Part shown: positions 42,536 to 50,781 of the stretch, one piece after another | Numbering within the stretch: position 1 is the first letter of the stretch | Layout: every line of letters starts with the position of its first letter | Assembly (NCBI GenBank): GCA_003241385.1 | Contig: QFPO01000008.1 | Location: forward strand, 98,759 to 162,758 | Reading direction: 5' to 3' | DNA length: 64,000 nucleotides | Source: Rhodanobacter denitrificans | GTDB lineage: Bacteria; Pseudomonadota; Gammaproteobacteria; Xanthomonadales; Rhodanobacteraceae | Made by a program: the position numbers and the translations under genes | The notes under the pieces: generated by a model | Database searches by the model: none | Seen by the model: the letters and a program-made list of their open reading frames with translations, nothing else | Told to the model about the DNA's origin: nothing

Positions 42536-43120
42536 GCCGAAGAGCTGCCCCGTGTCTGAGCGCCAGCGAGTTGGGGCAGCGTGCGCAGGGGACCGATGCG
42601 GCGCAGCCGCGTCGGCTCGCGTCAGCGCAGGCGGTTTTGGTGACTTTTTCCAAGAAAAAAGTCACCCGCTCGCGCAGCGAGCGGAAGCTCTTGCTCTGAC
42701 TCTTTCCGCTTGGTTTTTCCGAGGACCGAAGGCTCGAAGCGCACAAAAAAACAAGACCGGACTTCACACCGAACCACCCTGCGCCGAAGAGCTGCCCCGT
42801 GTCTGAGCGCCAGCGAGTGGGGGCAGCGTGCCTGGGCGACCGAGAAGCGCAGGGGACCGATGCGGCGCAGCCGCATCGGCTCGCGTCAGCGCAGGCGGTT
42901 TTGGTGACTTTTGACAAGACAAAGAATGTCCGGGAGACATTCTTGACGTCGCGCCAGCGACAGCCCGAAGGGCGGCCGCCAGGGATGGTGGGCCGCCAAA
43001 GTCACCCGCTCGCGCAGCGAGCGGAAGCTCTTGCTTTGATTCTTTCCGCTTGGTTTTCCGAGGACCAACGGCTCGAAACGGACAAAGACCAAGACCGGAT
43101 TCCACACCGAACCACCCTGC
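42536..43120. repeat. Head-to-tail duplication of a palindrome-rich non-coding element (copy 1 42536-42782, copy 2 42783-43120)
   Basis: Both copies start GCCGAAGAGCTGCCCCGTGTCTGAGCGCCAGCGAG and end CACACCGAACCACCCTGC. Internal hairpins GCTGCCCC/GGGGCAGC, CCGATGCGGC/GCCGC(A/G)TCGG, GTGACTTT/AAAGTCAC, CCGCTCGC/GCGAGCGG. Confidence 0.92.
42920..43001. mobile_element. Small nested insertion (MITE/REPIN-like) flanked by CAAAG direct repeats
   Basis: Present only in copy 2, with CAAAG at 42920-42924 and 42997-43001. Removing it restores the compact GTGACTTT...AAAGTCAC hairpin. Confidence 0.6.
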
Positions 43121-43136
43121 GCTATCGTCACCCACC

Positions 43137-43496
43137 ATGTCCCATCCCTGTCTGCGCTGCGGTGCCTGTTGCGCGTGGTTTCGCGTGGCCTTCCACTGGA
43201 GCGAGGCCGAGCCGGCGCTCGGCGGCGCGGTGCCGGCCGCGCTGGCGGTCCGGGTCGATCCGCACCGGCTCGCGATGAAGGGGACCGAGGGCGGCCGTTC
43301 GCGCTGCGTCGCGCTCGGCGGCACGATCGGCGTCGCGGCGGCCTGCACGATCTATCCGCAGCGGCCCTCGCCGTGCCGCGAGCTCGAACCGGCGACCGCG
43401 CTGCGGCCGAGTCCGCAATGCGACCGCGCGCGACTCGCGCACGGCCTGGCACCGCTGTCGGAGCGCGACTGGGTCGTCGAGCTCGCGCCGGCCTGA
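43137..43496 (+). CDS. YkgJ family CxxCxxCC cysteine-cluster protein
   Basis: MSHPCLRCGACC..FRVAFHWSE...RCVAL...CTIYPQRPSPCRE...CDRAR..HGL. Confidence 0.9.
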   Translation: MSHPCLRCGACCAWFRVAFHWSEAEPALGGAVPAALAVRVDPHRLAMKGTEGGRSRCVALGGTIGVAAACTIYPQRPSPCRELEPATALRPSPQCDRARLAHGLAPLSERDWVVELAPA

Positions 43497-43626
43497 GGCC
43501 GGACGCGGCGGCCGATGGTCGACTCGTCGTGACCGCGCGGCGATCGCGCCGTCGCCATCGCCGCCGGCACGCAGCGCGGCGACGATGCGACCGTCGCGCC
43601 ACCGGGTCCGCAACGAGACGACGCGC

Positions 43627-44724
43627 TCAGAGCTCCTCGAACGCCACGACCCGGTTGCGCCCGCAGGACTTGGCCGCGTACAGCGCGCGATCGGCCGCGC
43701 GCAGCGTGTCCTCGTACGACAGCGCCGGCTCGTGGACGGCGGTGCCGATGCTGGCGGTCACGCGCAGCTGGCGGCCGTTGTAGTCGACGGTCAGCTGCTC
43801 GATGTCGGCGCGCAGCGTCTCGCACCACGGCGACAGTGCCGGACCGGCGTTGCGATCCATCACGATCAGGAACTCCTCGCCGCCCCAGCGGCCGACCAGG
43901 GCCGCCGCCGGCACGCGCGCGGCGAGCAGGTTCGACAGCGCCTGCAGCACGACGTCGCCAGCGGCGTGGCCGAGCGAGTCGTTGACGCGCTTGAAGTTGT
44001 CGAGGTCGATCATCGCGACGCTGAAGCCCTGCCCGGCGTCGGCCTCGGCGGCCTGCCGTTCGAGCCGCTCGATCAAGGCGCGGCGGTTGGCCAGGCCGGT
44101 CAGCGGATCGGTCCGCGACACGCGCGCCAGCGTCAGGTTCAGCTGCTTCATCTGGGTCTGGAAGCCGTCGCTGATCCGCGACATCTTGTGCAGGCGCCGG
44201 CTGAGCTTCTGATAGTCGCCGCTGAGCCGCACGTAGGCCTCGCGCAGCGGATGCTCGGTCCAGGCCGGCTCGGCCTCGATCGCGGCCAGGCGTCCGCGCT
44301 CGGCCGCGTCCTCGCCGTCGCTGCTGCGCACCGGCGGCGGTGCGCCGCTGTCGGTGCGGCGCGCGCACGACGGACAGCGCCCGCGCGAGAGCACCGCATC
44401 GGAATGTCGCGCGATGTAGGTCTCGACCTCGTCCCAGTAGCCGGCGTCGTCGCGGACCTTCTTGCAGCACGAGCAGATCGGGATGAAGCCGCCGAGCGTA
44501 CGGACCTCGCGCAGCGCCGCGGCGAGCCGCTCGTTGGCGGCGGTCAGCTCGGCATTGGTCGCGCGCAGATCGGCCTGGTAGCGGTCCGAGATCCGGCTGA
44601 TGCGCTCGAGCCGGTGATGCAGGCGCTGCTGGTCGGCGATCAGATCGCGGCACAGGTCGGCCAGCGCCGAATCGCGCGCGTCGGGCATCTCGAGCAGATG
44701 GGCCAGTCGCTTCTCGGCATTCAT
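43627..44724 (-). CDS. siaD: SiaD-like diguanylate cyclase with duplicated stalk and inserted Cys4 module
   Basis: RISRISDRYQ and KMSRISDGFQ stalk motifs, TDPLTGLANRR, GRWGGEEF; last gene of the sia operon. Confidence 0.88.
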   Translation of the reverse strand: MNAEKRLAHLLEMPDARDSALADLCRDLIADQQRLHHRLERISRISDRYQADLRATNAELTAANERLAAALREVRTLGGFIPICSCCKKVRDDAGYWDEVETYIARHSDAVLSRGRCPSCARRTDSGAPPPVRSSDGEDAAERGRLAAIEAEPAWTEHPLREAYVRLSGDYQKLSRRLHKMSRISDGFQTQMKQLNLTLARVSRTDPLTGLANRRALIERLERQAAEADAGQGFSVAMIDLDNFKRVNDSLGHAAGDVVLQALSNLLAARVPAAALVGRWGGEEFLIVMDRNAGPALSPWCETLRADIEQLTVDYNGRQLRVTASIGTAVHEPALSYEDTLRAADRALYAAKSCGRNRVVAFEEL

Positions 44725-44735
44725 CGCGGCGGTCC

Positions 44736-45122
44736 TCAGAGCGCGACCGGCACGATGAAGAACGGCAGCGTCACCTCTTCCTTGAACTCCTCGATCATCT
44801 CCAGGGCGCGGTCGTTGTCTTCCGGATAGCTCCAGCGCACGGTGACCGTGCGGCCGGCGCGATGCGCCGCCTCGAGCAGGTCGAGCAGGTCCATCACGCT
44901 CTTGATGCTGGAGGTGTTGAGATAGCTCAGCGCGAGCTCGGCGACGACCGGCGTGGTGCCGTGCTCGGCGTAGGCGGCGACCCAGGCCAGCAGCGGCCGG
45001 AAGAAGTCGAACGCGTTCTCCGGATACGACTCGCCGGCGAGCTGCAGCACGCCGGTGTCCGGATCGAAGTCCACCGTGGGGGTCGAGGCGGTGGCGGCCA
45101 GATGGAGTTTGTCGATGCTCAT
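44736..45122 (-). CDS. siaC: SiaC (DUF1987) phospho-switch protein
   Basis: TASTPTVDFD, GESYPENAFDFF, YLNTSSIK, EEFKEEVTLPF. Confidence 0.93.
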   Translation of the reverse strand: MSIDKLHLAATASTPTVDFDPDTGVLQLAGESYPENAFDFFRPLLAWVAAYAEHGTTPVVAELALSYLNTSSIKSVMDLLDLLEAAHRAGRTVTVRWSYPEDNDRALEMIEEFKEEVTLPFFIVPVAL

Positions 45123-45124
45123 GG

Positions 45125-45649
45125 TCAGATCTCGACGCAGAGGCTGAAGTAGGCGCGCCCCTGGGCCAGTGGCGTGAAGCTGTATTCGAGCGGGCGCGTC
45201 GCGCGGCGTGCGATCTCGATCAGGCCGAGGCCGGCGCCGGTGTCGTCCGGTCCGCGTTCGCGCCGCAGCTGGTCCTTGTAGGCGGCCTTGAGCGCGCTCT
45301 TGTCCATCGCCGCCAGGGCGTCCAGGCGCCGGCCGAGCGACTCGGTGTCGGCGGCCTCGACGACGTTGCCGGCGTAGATCCGGTAGTGCGAATCGCGCTT
45401 GGCGATCACGACGATGCTCGCGTCGGCGTCGGACTGGCCGCGCCGCTCGGCGTAGTTGCGCACGTTCTGCGCGGCCTCGATGTAGACCGAGAACACGTCC
45501 ATGATCGCGCTGGTGTGGATGTCGGCGCTCTCCAGATACTTCTTCACCGCGGTGCCGAGCTCCTCGATGATGCTGTGGCTGAACGATCCGGTGAAGCTGA
45601 TCAGAATGCCGGCCTCGCGCAACTGCTCCTTGAGAGCGAACAGGTTCAT
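45125..45649 (-). CDS. siaB: SiaB protein kinase (GHKL-like)
   Basis: ISFTGSFSHSIIEELG, VFSVYIEAAQNVRNY, GAGLGLIEIARR; ATGA overlap with the siaA stop. Confidence 0.92.
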   Translation of the reverse strand: MNLFALKEQLREAGILISFTGSFSHSIIEELGTAVKKYLESADIHTSAIMDVFSVYIEAAQNVRNYAERRGQSDADASIVVIAKRDSHYRIYAGNVVEAADTESLGRRLDALAAMDKSALKAAYKDQLRRERGPDDTGAGLGLIEIARRATRPLEYSFTPLAQGRAYFSLCVEI

Positions 45650-47688
45650 GCCGAACTCCGTGAAGGGTGGGAAATACGGTCCAGCGACACCGCGACGAGG
45701 GTGATGTCGTCGCGCTGCGCCAGCCCGTCTCGATAGTCCGCGAGCCGCTGCGCCAGCGTCGCCGCGAGCGCGGCCAGCGGCTGGTGCTGCGCGTCGCGCA
45801 GCCACTCGGCCAGACGCGCACGGCCGACCGCGAAGCCGCGCTCGCCGCCGTTCTGGTCGAGGATACCGTCGGTGAACAGATAGTGGCGTTGCCCAGGTCG
45901 CAGTGCGACCGGCTGGTTCGTGAAGGCCGCGTCGGCCGGCGTGCGCCGATAGCCGATGCTGTGGCGGTCGCCCTTGAGCGCGAGCAGCGTGCCGTCGGCC
46001 TCGCCGATCCACAGGCCGAGCTTGGCGCCGGCGAACGTCGCGCGGCGGCGGCCCGGCGCGACGTGCAGCAGCGCCAGATCCAGGCCGTTGTCGCCGCCGG
46101 CGCCGCGGCCGCTCTCGAGCAGCGCGCGCAGGCCGCGGTTGAGGTCGGACAGGATCGCGGCGGGGTCGTGCATGCCGCGCTCGGCGACCGCGCGATCGAG
46201 CAGGGCCTTGGCGGCCATCGTCATGCAGGCGCCCGGCACGCCGTGGCCGGTGCAGTCGCCGACCGCGAGCAGACAGCCGTCCTCGCCGTCGGCGTACAGC
46301 GCGTAGAAGTCGCCGCCGACGACGTCGCGCGGCTGCCACAGCACCGCGCCGTCGTCGAATAGCCGCGCGAACTCGGCCGGCTTGGCGAGCAGCGCGGCCT
46401 GGATCAGCCGCGCGTACTCGATGCTGTCCATGATCTTGCGGTTGCTGGCCTCGAGCAGCGTGTTGGCGCGCTGCAGCGCGTCGGTGCGCGCGGCGACCTT
46501 GTCCTCGAGGTTGTGCGTGTAGTCGCCGATCGTCGCGGTCATCTCGTTGAACGAGGCGGTCAGCTGGCCGATCTCGTCGGGGCGGTCGACCGCCAGTGCG
46601 GTCGCGTAGTTGCCGGACGCGACCTCGCGCGTGTGCCGCGTCAACCGCGCCAGGCGCGCCAGCACCAGGCGGTTCAGCAGCCAGGAGACGATCAGGATCG
46701 TCGCCAGCAACGCGACGCCGAGCACGATCAGGATCGGCCGGAACGTCTCCAGCCGCACGACCTCGGCCGGATCGACGACGACGATCGTCGCCCAGCGGAT
46801 CTCCGGCAGGTAGCTGATCGCCGCCAGCCGGCGCCGGCCCTCGACGGTCAGCGCGAGCTGCGCATCGCCGGGCTGGCCGGTGCGTGCCAGCGCATCGAGC
46901 GCGGCGCGCAGCCGGTCCCGTTCGGCCGGGTCGGACACCAGGTCGTAGACCGTCTTGCGCAGCCGCTCGTCGCGCGTGGTCGCGTTGCTCTCGATCAGCG
47001 CGCCGTCCGGATGCCCCTGCAGCGTGCCGCCCTCGTCGCTCAGCCACACTTCCACGCCGGGATCGGCGCTGCGCACGATCTCGCGCAGGAACGCCGACAG
47101 GTCCAGGCCGCTGCCGCCGACGCCGAGCTTGGCGCCGTCCTCGCCGTGGACGATCGCGTTGATCCAGATCTTGGTGACGCCCAGCTGCGGATTGTTGTCG
47201 ACGTGCAGGTCGAAGCGGTCGACCTTCTCGATCGTCGCGAAGTACCAGGCCAGCGTCGGATCGGCCGGATCGAGCCGGTAGCGCAGCTCGCGGCCGGCGA
47301 ACTCGTTCTCGGCGTTGTTGAAGTAGTAGTTGCGCGAGCGGTCGATCGCGAAGAAGTAGCTGTGGTCGGCGAACAGCTCGCGGTAGCTGTCGAGCTCGGC
47401 CAGCGCCAGGCGGCGCAGTTCGGGATTCTCCTCGTCGGCCGCCCACTGCCGCAGCAGCGGCGAGGCGACCAGCTTCTGCGCGAGCACCAGCTCGCGCTGG
47501 ATCCGCGCGAGGATGCGTCCGCGCGACTGGCTCGCGTACTGCTTGGCATAGCCGGCGCCGAGGCTTTCGATGATGCCGTCGGCCACGCGCAGGAAGCCGG
47601 CCACCGACAGCGCGCCGACGCCGAGGAAGACGCCGACGACCAGCAGCAGGAACCGGCCGCGCAGGCTCGAGAACCGCGCCGCGCTCAC
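45646..47688 (-). CDS. siaA: SiaA membrane sensor phosphatase (periplasmic Cache-like, HAMP, PP2C/SpoIIE)
   Basis: Two TM; HAMP (RPDEIGQLTASFNEM); DSIEYARLIQ, PRDVVGGDFY, GDCTGHGVPGA, FTDG, QRDDIT. GTG start overlaps the upstream stop. Confidence 0.93.
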   Translation of the reverse strand: MSAARFSSLRGRFLLLVVGVFLGVGALSVAGFLRVADGIIESLGAGYAKQYASQSRGRILARIQRELVLAQKLVASPLLRQWAADEENPELRRLALAELDSYRELFADHSYFFAIDRSRNYYFNNAENEFAGRELRYRLDPADPTLAWYFATIEKVDRFDLHVDNNPQLGVTKIWINAIVHGEDGAKLGVGGSGLDLSAFLREIVRSADPGVEVWLSDEGGTLQGHPDGALIESNATTRDERLRKTVYDLVSDPAERDRLRAALDALARTGQPGDAQLALTVEGRRRLAAISYLPEIRWATIVVVDPAEVVRLETFRPILIVLGVALLATILIVSWLLNRLVLARLARLTRHTREVASGNYATALAVDRPDEIGQLTASFNEMTATIGDYTHNLEDKVAARTDALQRANTLLEASNRKIMDSIEYARLIQAALLAKPAEFARLFDDGAVLWQPRDVVGGDFYALYADGEDGCLLAVGDCTGHGVPGACMTMAAKALLDRAVAERGMHDPAAILSDLNRGLRALLESGRGAGGDNGLDLALLHVAPGRRRATFAGAKLGLWIGEADGTLLALKGDRHSIGYRRTPADAAFTNQPVALRPGQRHYLFTDGILDQNGGERGFAVGRARLAEWLRDAQHQPLAALAATLAQRLADYRDGLAQRDDITLVAVSLDRISHPSRSSA

Positions 47689-48434
47689 GGCAGCACCCGC
47701 TTGAGCATCAGCTGCGGCACGCTGACCGCGAGCGCGTCGTTGCGGTGGTAGTACCACTCCAGGCCGGCGTACCAGCGCCCGGGCCGGCCGCCGAGGCCGC
47801 GGCCGACGTCGTTGAGCAGGCGTGGCTGGAACACCACGTCGGTGCCGTCGCGATCGGTGCCGGCCAGATCGAGGAAGCCTTCGCTGGACCAGCCCGAATC
47901 GGCGTCGCCGAGCACGGCGCTCCAGAACACCGTCAGCTGCGCGGTCGGCCGGTTGACGGTGTCGTCGCGCCAGTAGAGGTTGGCGCCGAACGCGGTGAAT
48001 CCCGGCAGCGCGAAGTCGGCGCCGAAGCCGATCAGGCCGGCGCGGAAACCGTCGTCACCGGCATTGATCTGGCTGGCCAGGTAGACCGCGCGCAGCGCGC
48101 CCGCATCCATGTCGCCCCGACCGAGCCGCAGGCGCGGCTGCCATTCGGCGTAGACCTGGGTCGAGCGGTCGCGGCGGTCGCCGTCGAAATCGACCAGCCG
48201 GCCGCCGTTGACGTCGACGAACAAGAAGCTGTCGCCCCAGTCGCGCACGCTGAGCGTCTCGAACGTGAACGTGGCGAGGCCGCCGCCGCCCGAGTTCGCG
48301 CCGGTGTAGCGATCGTCGAATCCGTGACCGTAGAGCAGCTGGACGTTGCTGCTGTCCCAATCGCCCGCGACCGCCGTGCCGAGACTGCCGGCCAGGCATG
48401 CGCACGCCAGCGACACGCCGGCCCGTAGAACCAT
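47685..48434 (-). CDS. Outer-membrane beta-barrel, Tsx/OmpK (nucleoside channel)-like
   Basis: Signal peptide; WDSSNVQLLYG, TFTFE...WGDSFLFVD, YAEWQPRL, EGFLD, QPRLLNDVG, GLEWYY; alternating beta-strand pattern. Confidence 0.8.
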   Translation of the reverse strand: MVLRAGVSLACACLAGSLGTAVAGDWDSSNVQLLYGHGFDDRYTGANSGGGGLATFTFETLSVRDWGDSFLFVDVNGGRLVDFDGDRRDRSTQVYAEWQPRLRLGRGDMDAGALRAVYLASQINAGDDGFRAGLIGFGADFALPGFTAFGANLYWRDDTVNRPTAQLTVFWSAVLGDADSGWSSEGFLDLAGTDRDGTDVVFQPRLLNDVGRGLGGRPGRWYAGLEWYYHRNDALAVSVPQLMLKRVLP

Positions 48435-48612
48435 CGATTGCCCCCGAGGAGCCTGGCCGCTTCAGGTCGGCCCTGGACCCGGGTATGCAAGGCGTACGCC
48501 AAAGTGAGAAAACGTGAGCGGCAGCGGCTTCGCGACCGTTCCGGCGGGCGGCGCGCCCGCGCCGGCGCGCAATCGCTGTCAGGTCTTGACGCTGGCGCGC
48601 CGGCGGCGCGGC

Positions 48613-50037
48613 TCAGCGGCCGAGCCGGACCAGCTCGAGCAGACGGCCGGTGACCGACTGCACTGCGAACGGATCGATACCGCCGGCCTGGCTGTTGGCC
48701 ATCGCGACGACGACGTAGGGGTCTTCGCCGGCGTTCTCGAGCATCCAGGCGTGCGTCAGCACGTGATAGCCGCCCGCGCCCGAGCTCAGGCTGCCGCCCT
48801 TGTACCAGACCCGGTCCCAGCCGCGGCGCACGTCCGGCTGCGCGACCTGGGCACCGAGCGCCGCGTCGACCGTCGCCAGGGCCTCCGACCCCTGCGGCAG
48901 CCGGCGCAGCTGGCCGAACGCGCGGCAGACGTCGAGCGGACTGGCGCGCCAGGTGCCGCCGGTCAGCAGATCGGTATGGAAGTACGGACCACCGTTGTTC
49001 GGGCCGAGCGGCTCGATCCGCTCGGTCAGGAACTGCTGCTTGTAGGCCTGGCTACCCTGCACGTAGCCGAGTGCCTCGGCCAGCGGGAACGAACGGAACA
49101 CGTGGAACTGCTCGCTGATGTTGAGAAACGGCAGCAGCAGGTCCGGCTCGGCGACGCCGTAGGCATCGACCACCTGGGTCAGCGCGGCGCGGCCGACGCG
49201 CTCGTGCAGCAGGTCGGTCGCGGTGTTGTCGCTGATGCCGATCATCAGCGTCGCCAGTTCGGCGATCGTGAACGGCGTGCCGACCGGCTCGGCATTGATG
49301 ATGCCGCCGGGCGCGATCTCCGAGGCGACCATCGGCAGCGCTTCGGCCGAGGCGATCGGACCGGCCGCAATGCCGCGGCCGAGCGCGCCGAGCACCCAGA
49401 GCTTGAAGACCGACGCGGTCGCGCGCGGCGCATCGGCCTGATGGCCGTCGATCGCGGTGCAGGCGCCGCCGGCGCCGATGCGGCCGACCAGCAGCGCCGG
49501 ATTCGACGACAGCGTCGCGAACCTGGCGACCGCCTGGCTCATCGTCAGCGTGCGGTCGACCGGATACTGCACGCTGCCGCCGTAGCCGCTGACGCCGAGC
49601 AGCGTGATCCGGCCGCCGTCCGCGTAGCGCGTGCCGAACGAGACGAAACCCGACGGCGGGCCGCTGCCGGGCGAGTCGATCACGACGGTCGCGCGCACCG
49701 GCGTCACGCCGATCACGTCGGTGATGCGCGCGTCCGGGTAGCTGCTGCGCACCGAGTCGATGAAGGTCCGGGTCGCCTCGGCCGATGTCTGCGCGAGCCA
49801 GGCCGGATCGAAATGCGCATCGATCTCGGCGATCGTCGTGGTCTGGCCGGCGGCCAGTTCGCCGATCAGCCAGCGCAGCTGGTCGGCGGCCGGTCCCGGC
49901 GGCAGCTGGAACTCACCGTCGACGACCGGAAACAGCGGCGCGATCGACGGCGGCTCGAACCCGTCGACGAACAGCGGCCGCGCCTGCGCGGACGCCGCGA
50001 CCAGCAGACCGAACAACACCCCGATGCCTCGATTCAT
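48613..50037 (-). CDS. Secreted class A beta-lactamase-fold serine hydrolase with N-terminal Cpe/LpqF (Orf12-N)-like domain
   Basis: Signal peptide; ASVFK (SxxK), ISDNTATD (SDN), YKGGS; N-domain QLRWLI...HFDPAWL. Confidence 0.82.
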   Translation of the reverse strand: MNRGIGVLFGLLVAASAQARPLFVDGFEPPSIAPLFPVVDGEFQLPPGPAADQLRWLIGELAAGQTTTIAEIDAHFDPAWLAQTSAEATRTFIDSVRSSYPDARITDVIGVTPVRATVVIDSPGSGPPSGFVSFGTRYADGGRITLLGVSGYGGSVQYPVDRTLTMSQAVARFATLSSNPALLVGRIGAGGACTAIDGHQADAPRATASVFKLWVLGALGRGIAAGPIASAEALPMVASEIAPGGIINAEPVGTPFTIAELATLMIGISDNTATDLLHERVGRAALTQVVDAYGVAEPDLLLPFLNISEQFHVFRSFPLAEALGYVQGSQAYKQQFLTERIEPLGPNNGGPYFHTDLLTGGTWRASPLDVCRAFGQLRRLPQGSEALATVDAALGAQVAQPDVRRGWDRVWYKGGSLSSGAGGYHVLTHAWMLENAGEDPYVVVAMANSQAGGIDPFAVQSVTGRLLELVRLGR

Positions 50038-50215
50038 GCGCGCGCTCCGGACAGGACCGATCCCGGTCACGGCGCGGATCGCCGGCGGGTCTGCTGTCAT
50101 GGCGCGAAAACGCGGCCGACCGGCTCACGTCGAAGCGCCGCGCCGGCCCGGCGGCACCGGCGCACGGATCGGGCGGACCGGATCGCAGTGAACGGGACGC
50201 GCGGCGGCGGCCGGC

Positions 50216-50482
50216 TCAGCGCAGCTGGCTGTCCTTGCTGCCGCGCCGGTTGTAGCCGCTGAAGACGGCCTGCTCGCGGTCGTGCGCTTCCTGGCAGGCG
50301 ACGCACAGGCGCACGCCAGGCACGGCCTGACGCCGCGCCTCGGGAATCGGCGCGTCGCATTCCTCGCAATGGCGCAGGCTGGCGCCGCGCGGCAACTGGC
50401 TGCGCGCGCGCTCGATCGCGTCCTTGACGGTCGCGTCGATCTGGTCCTGCACGGCACCGTCACCTGCCCAGCCGGTCGCCAT
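50216..50482 (-). CDS. DksA/TraR family C4 zinc-finger protein (YbiI-like)
   Basis: MATGWAGDGAVQDQID...CEEC..IPEARR.AVPGVRLCVACQ...NRRGSKDSQLR. Confidence 0.92.
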   Translation of the reverse strand: MATGWAGDGAVQDQIDATVKDAIERARSQLPRGASLRHCEECDAPIPEARRQAVPGVRLCVACQEAHDREQAVFSGYNRRGSKDSQLR

Positions 50483-50781
50483 CGCCTGTCTCCATCGAAC
50501 CTCGCCGCGACATCGCGGCCGATCGACAACATGGCATCGGCAGCGGCGAAGTCAAGCCGATCGGGGGCGCCCGGGCCGCGGACGAACCGCCGCCGCGGCA
50601 GTGCGTTCGATGGGCGTCGCCGCCGCGCCGGGCTGCCCGATGCGCATCGAGCTGAACGCGCGCTGTTCATGCACGTGAACCGTGATAGCGGGCAGGCCCC
50701 GATTCCGTTCTCTGGAAGCAACCGCGCAGGACGCGCCGAAGGCGAAGCGCGGTCACCTTCAGACACCCGGGAGAGACCCTC

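Noticed and set aside
42179..43348. ORFs across the repeat region, and the repeat as a CRISPR array or IS
   Set aside because: The translations come from repeats (PLPLPL, SRSRSR). There are only two long units, no short repeat-spacer periodicity, no cas genes and no transposase.
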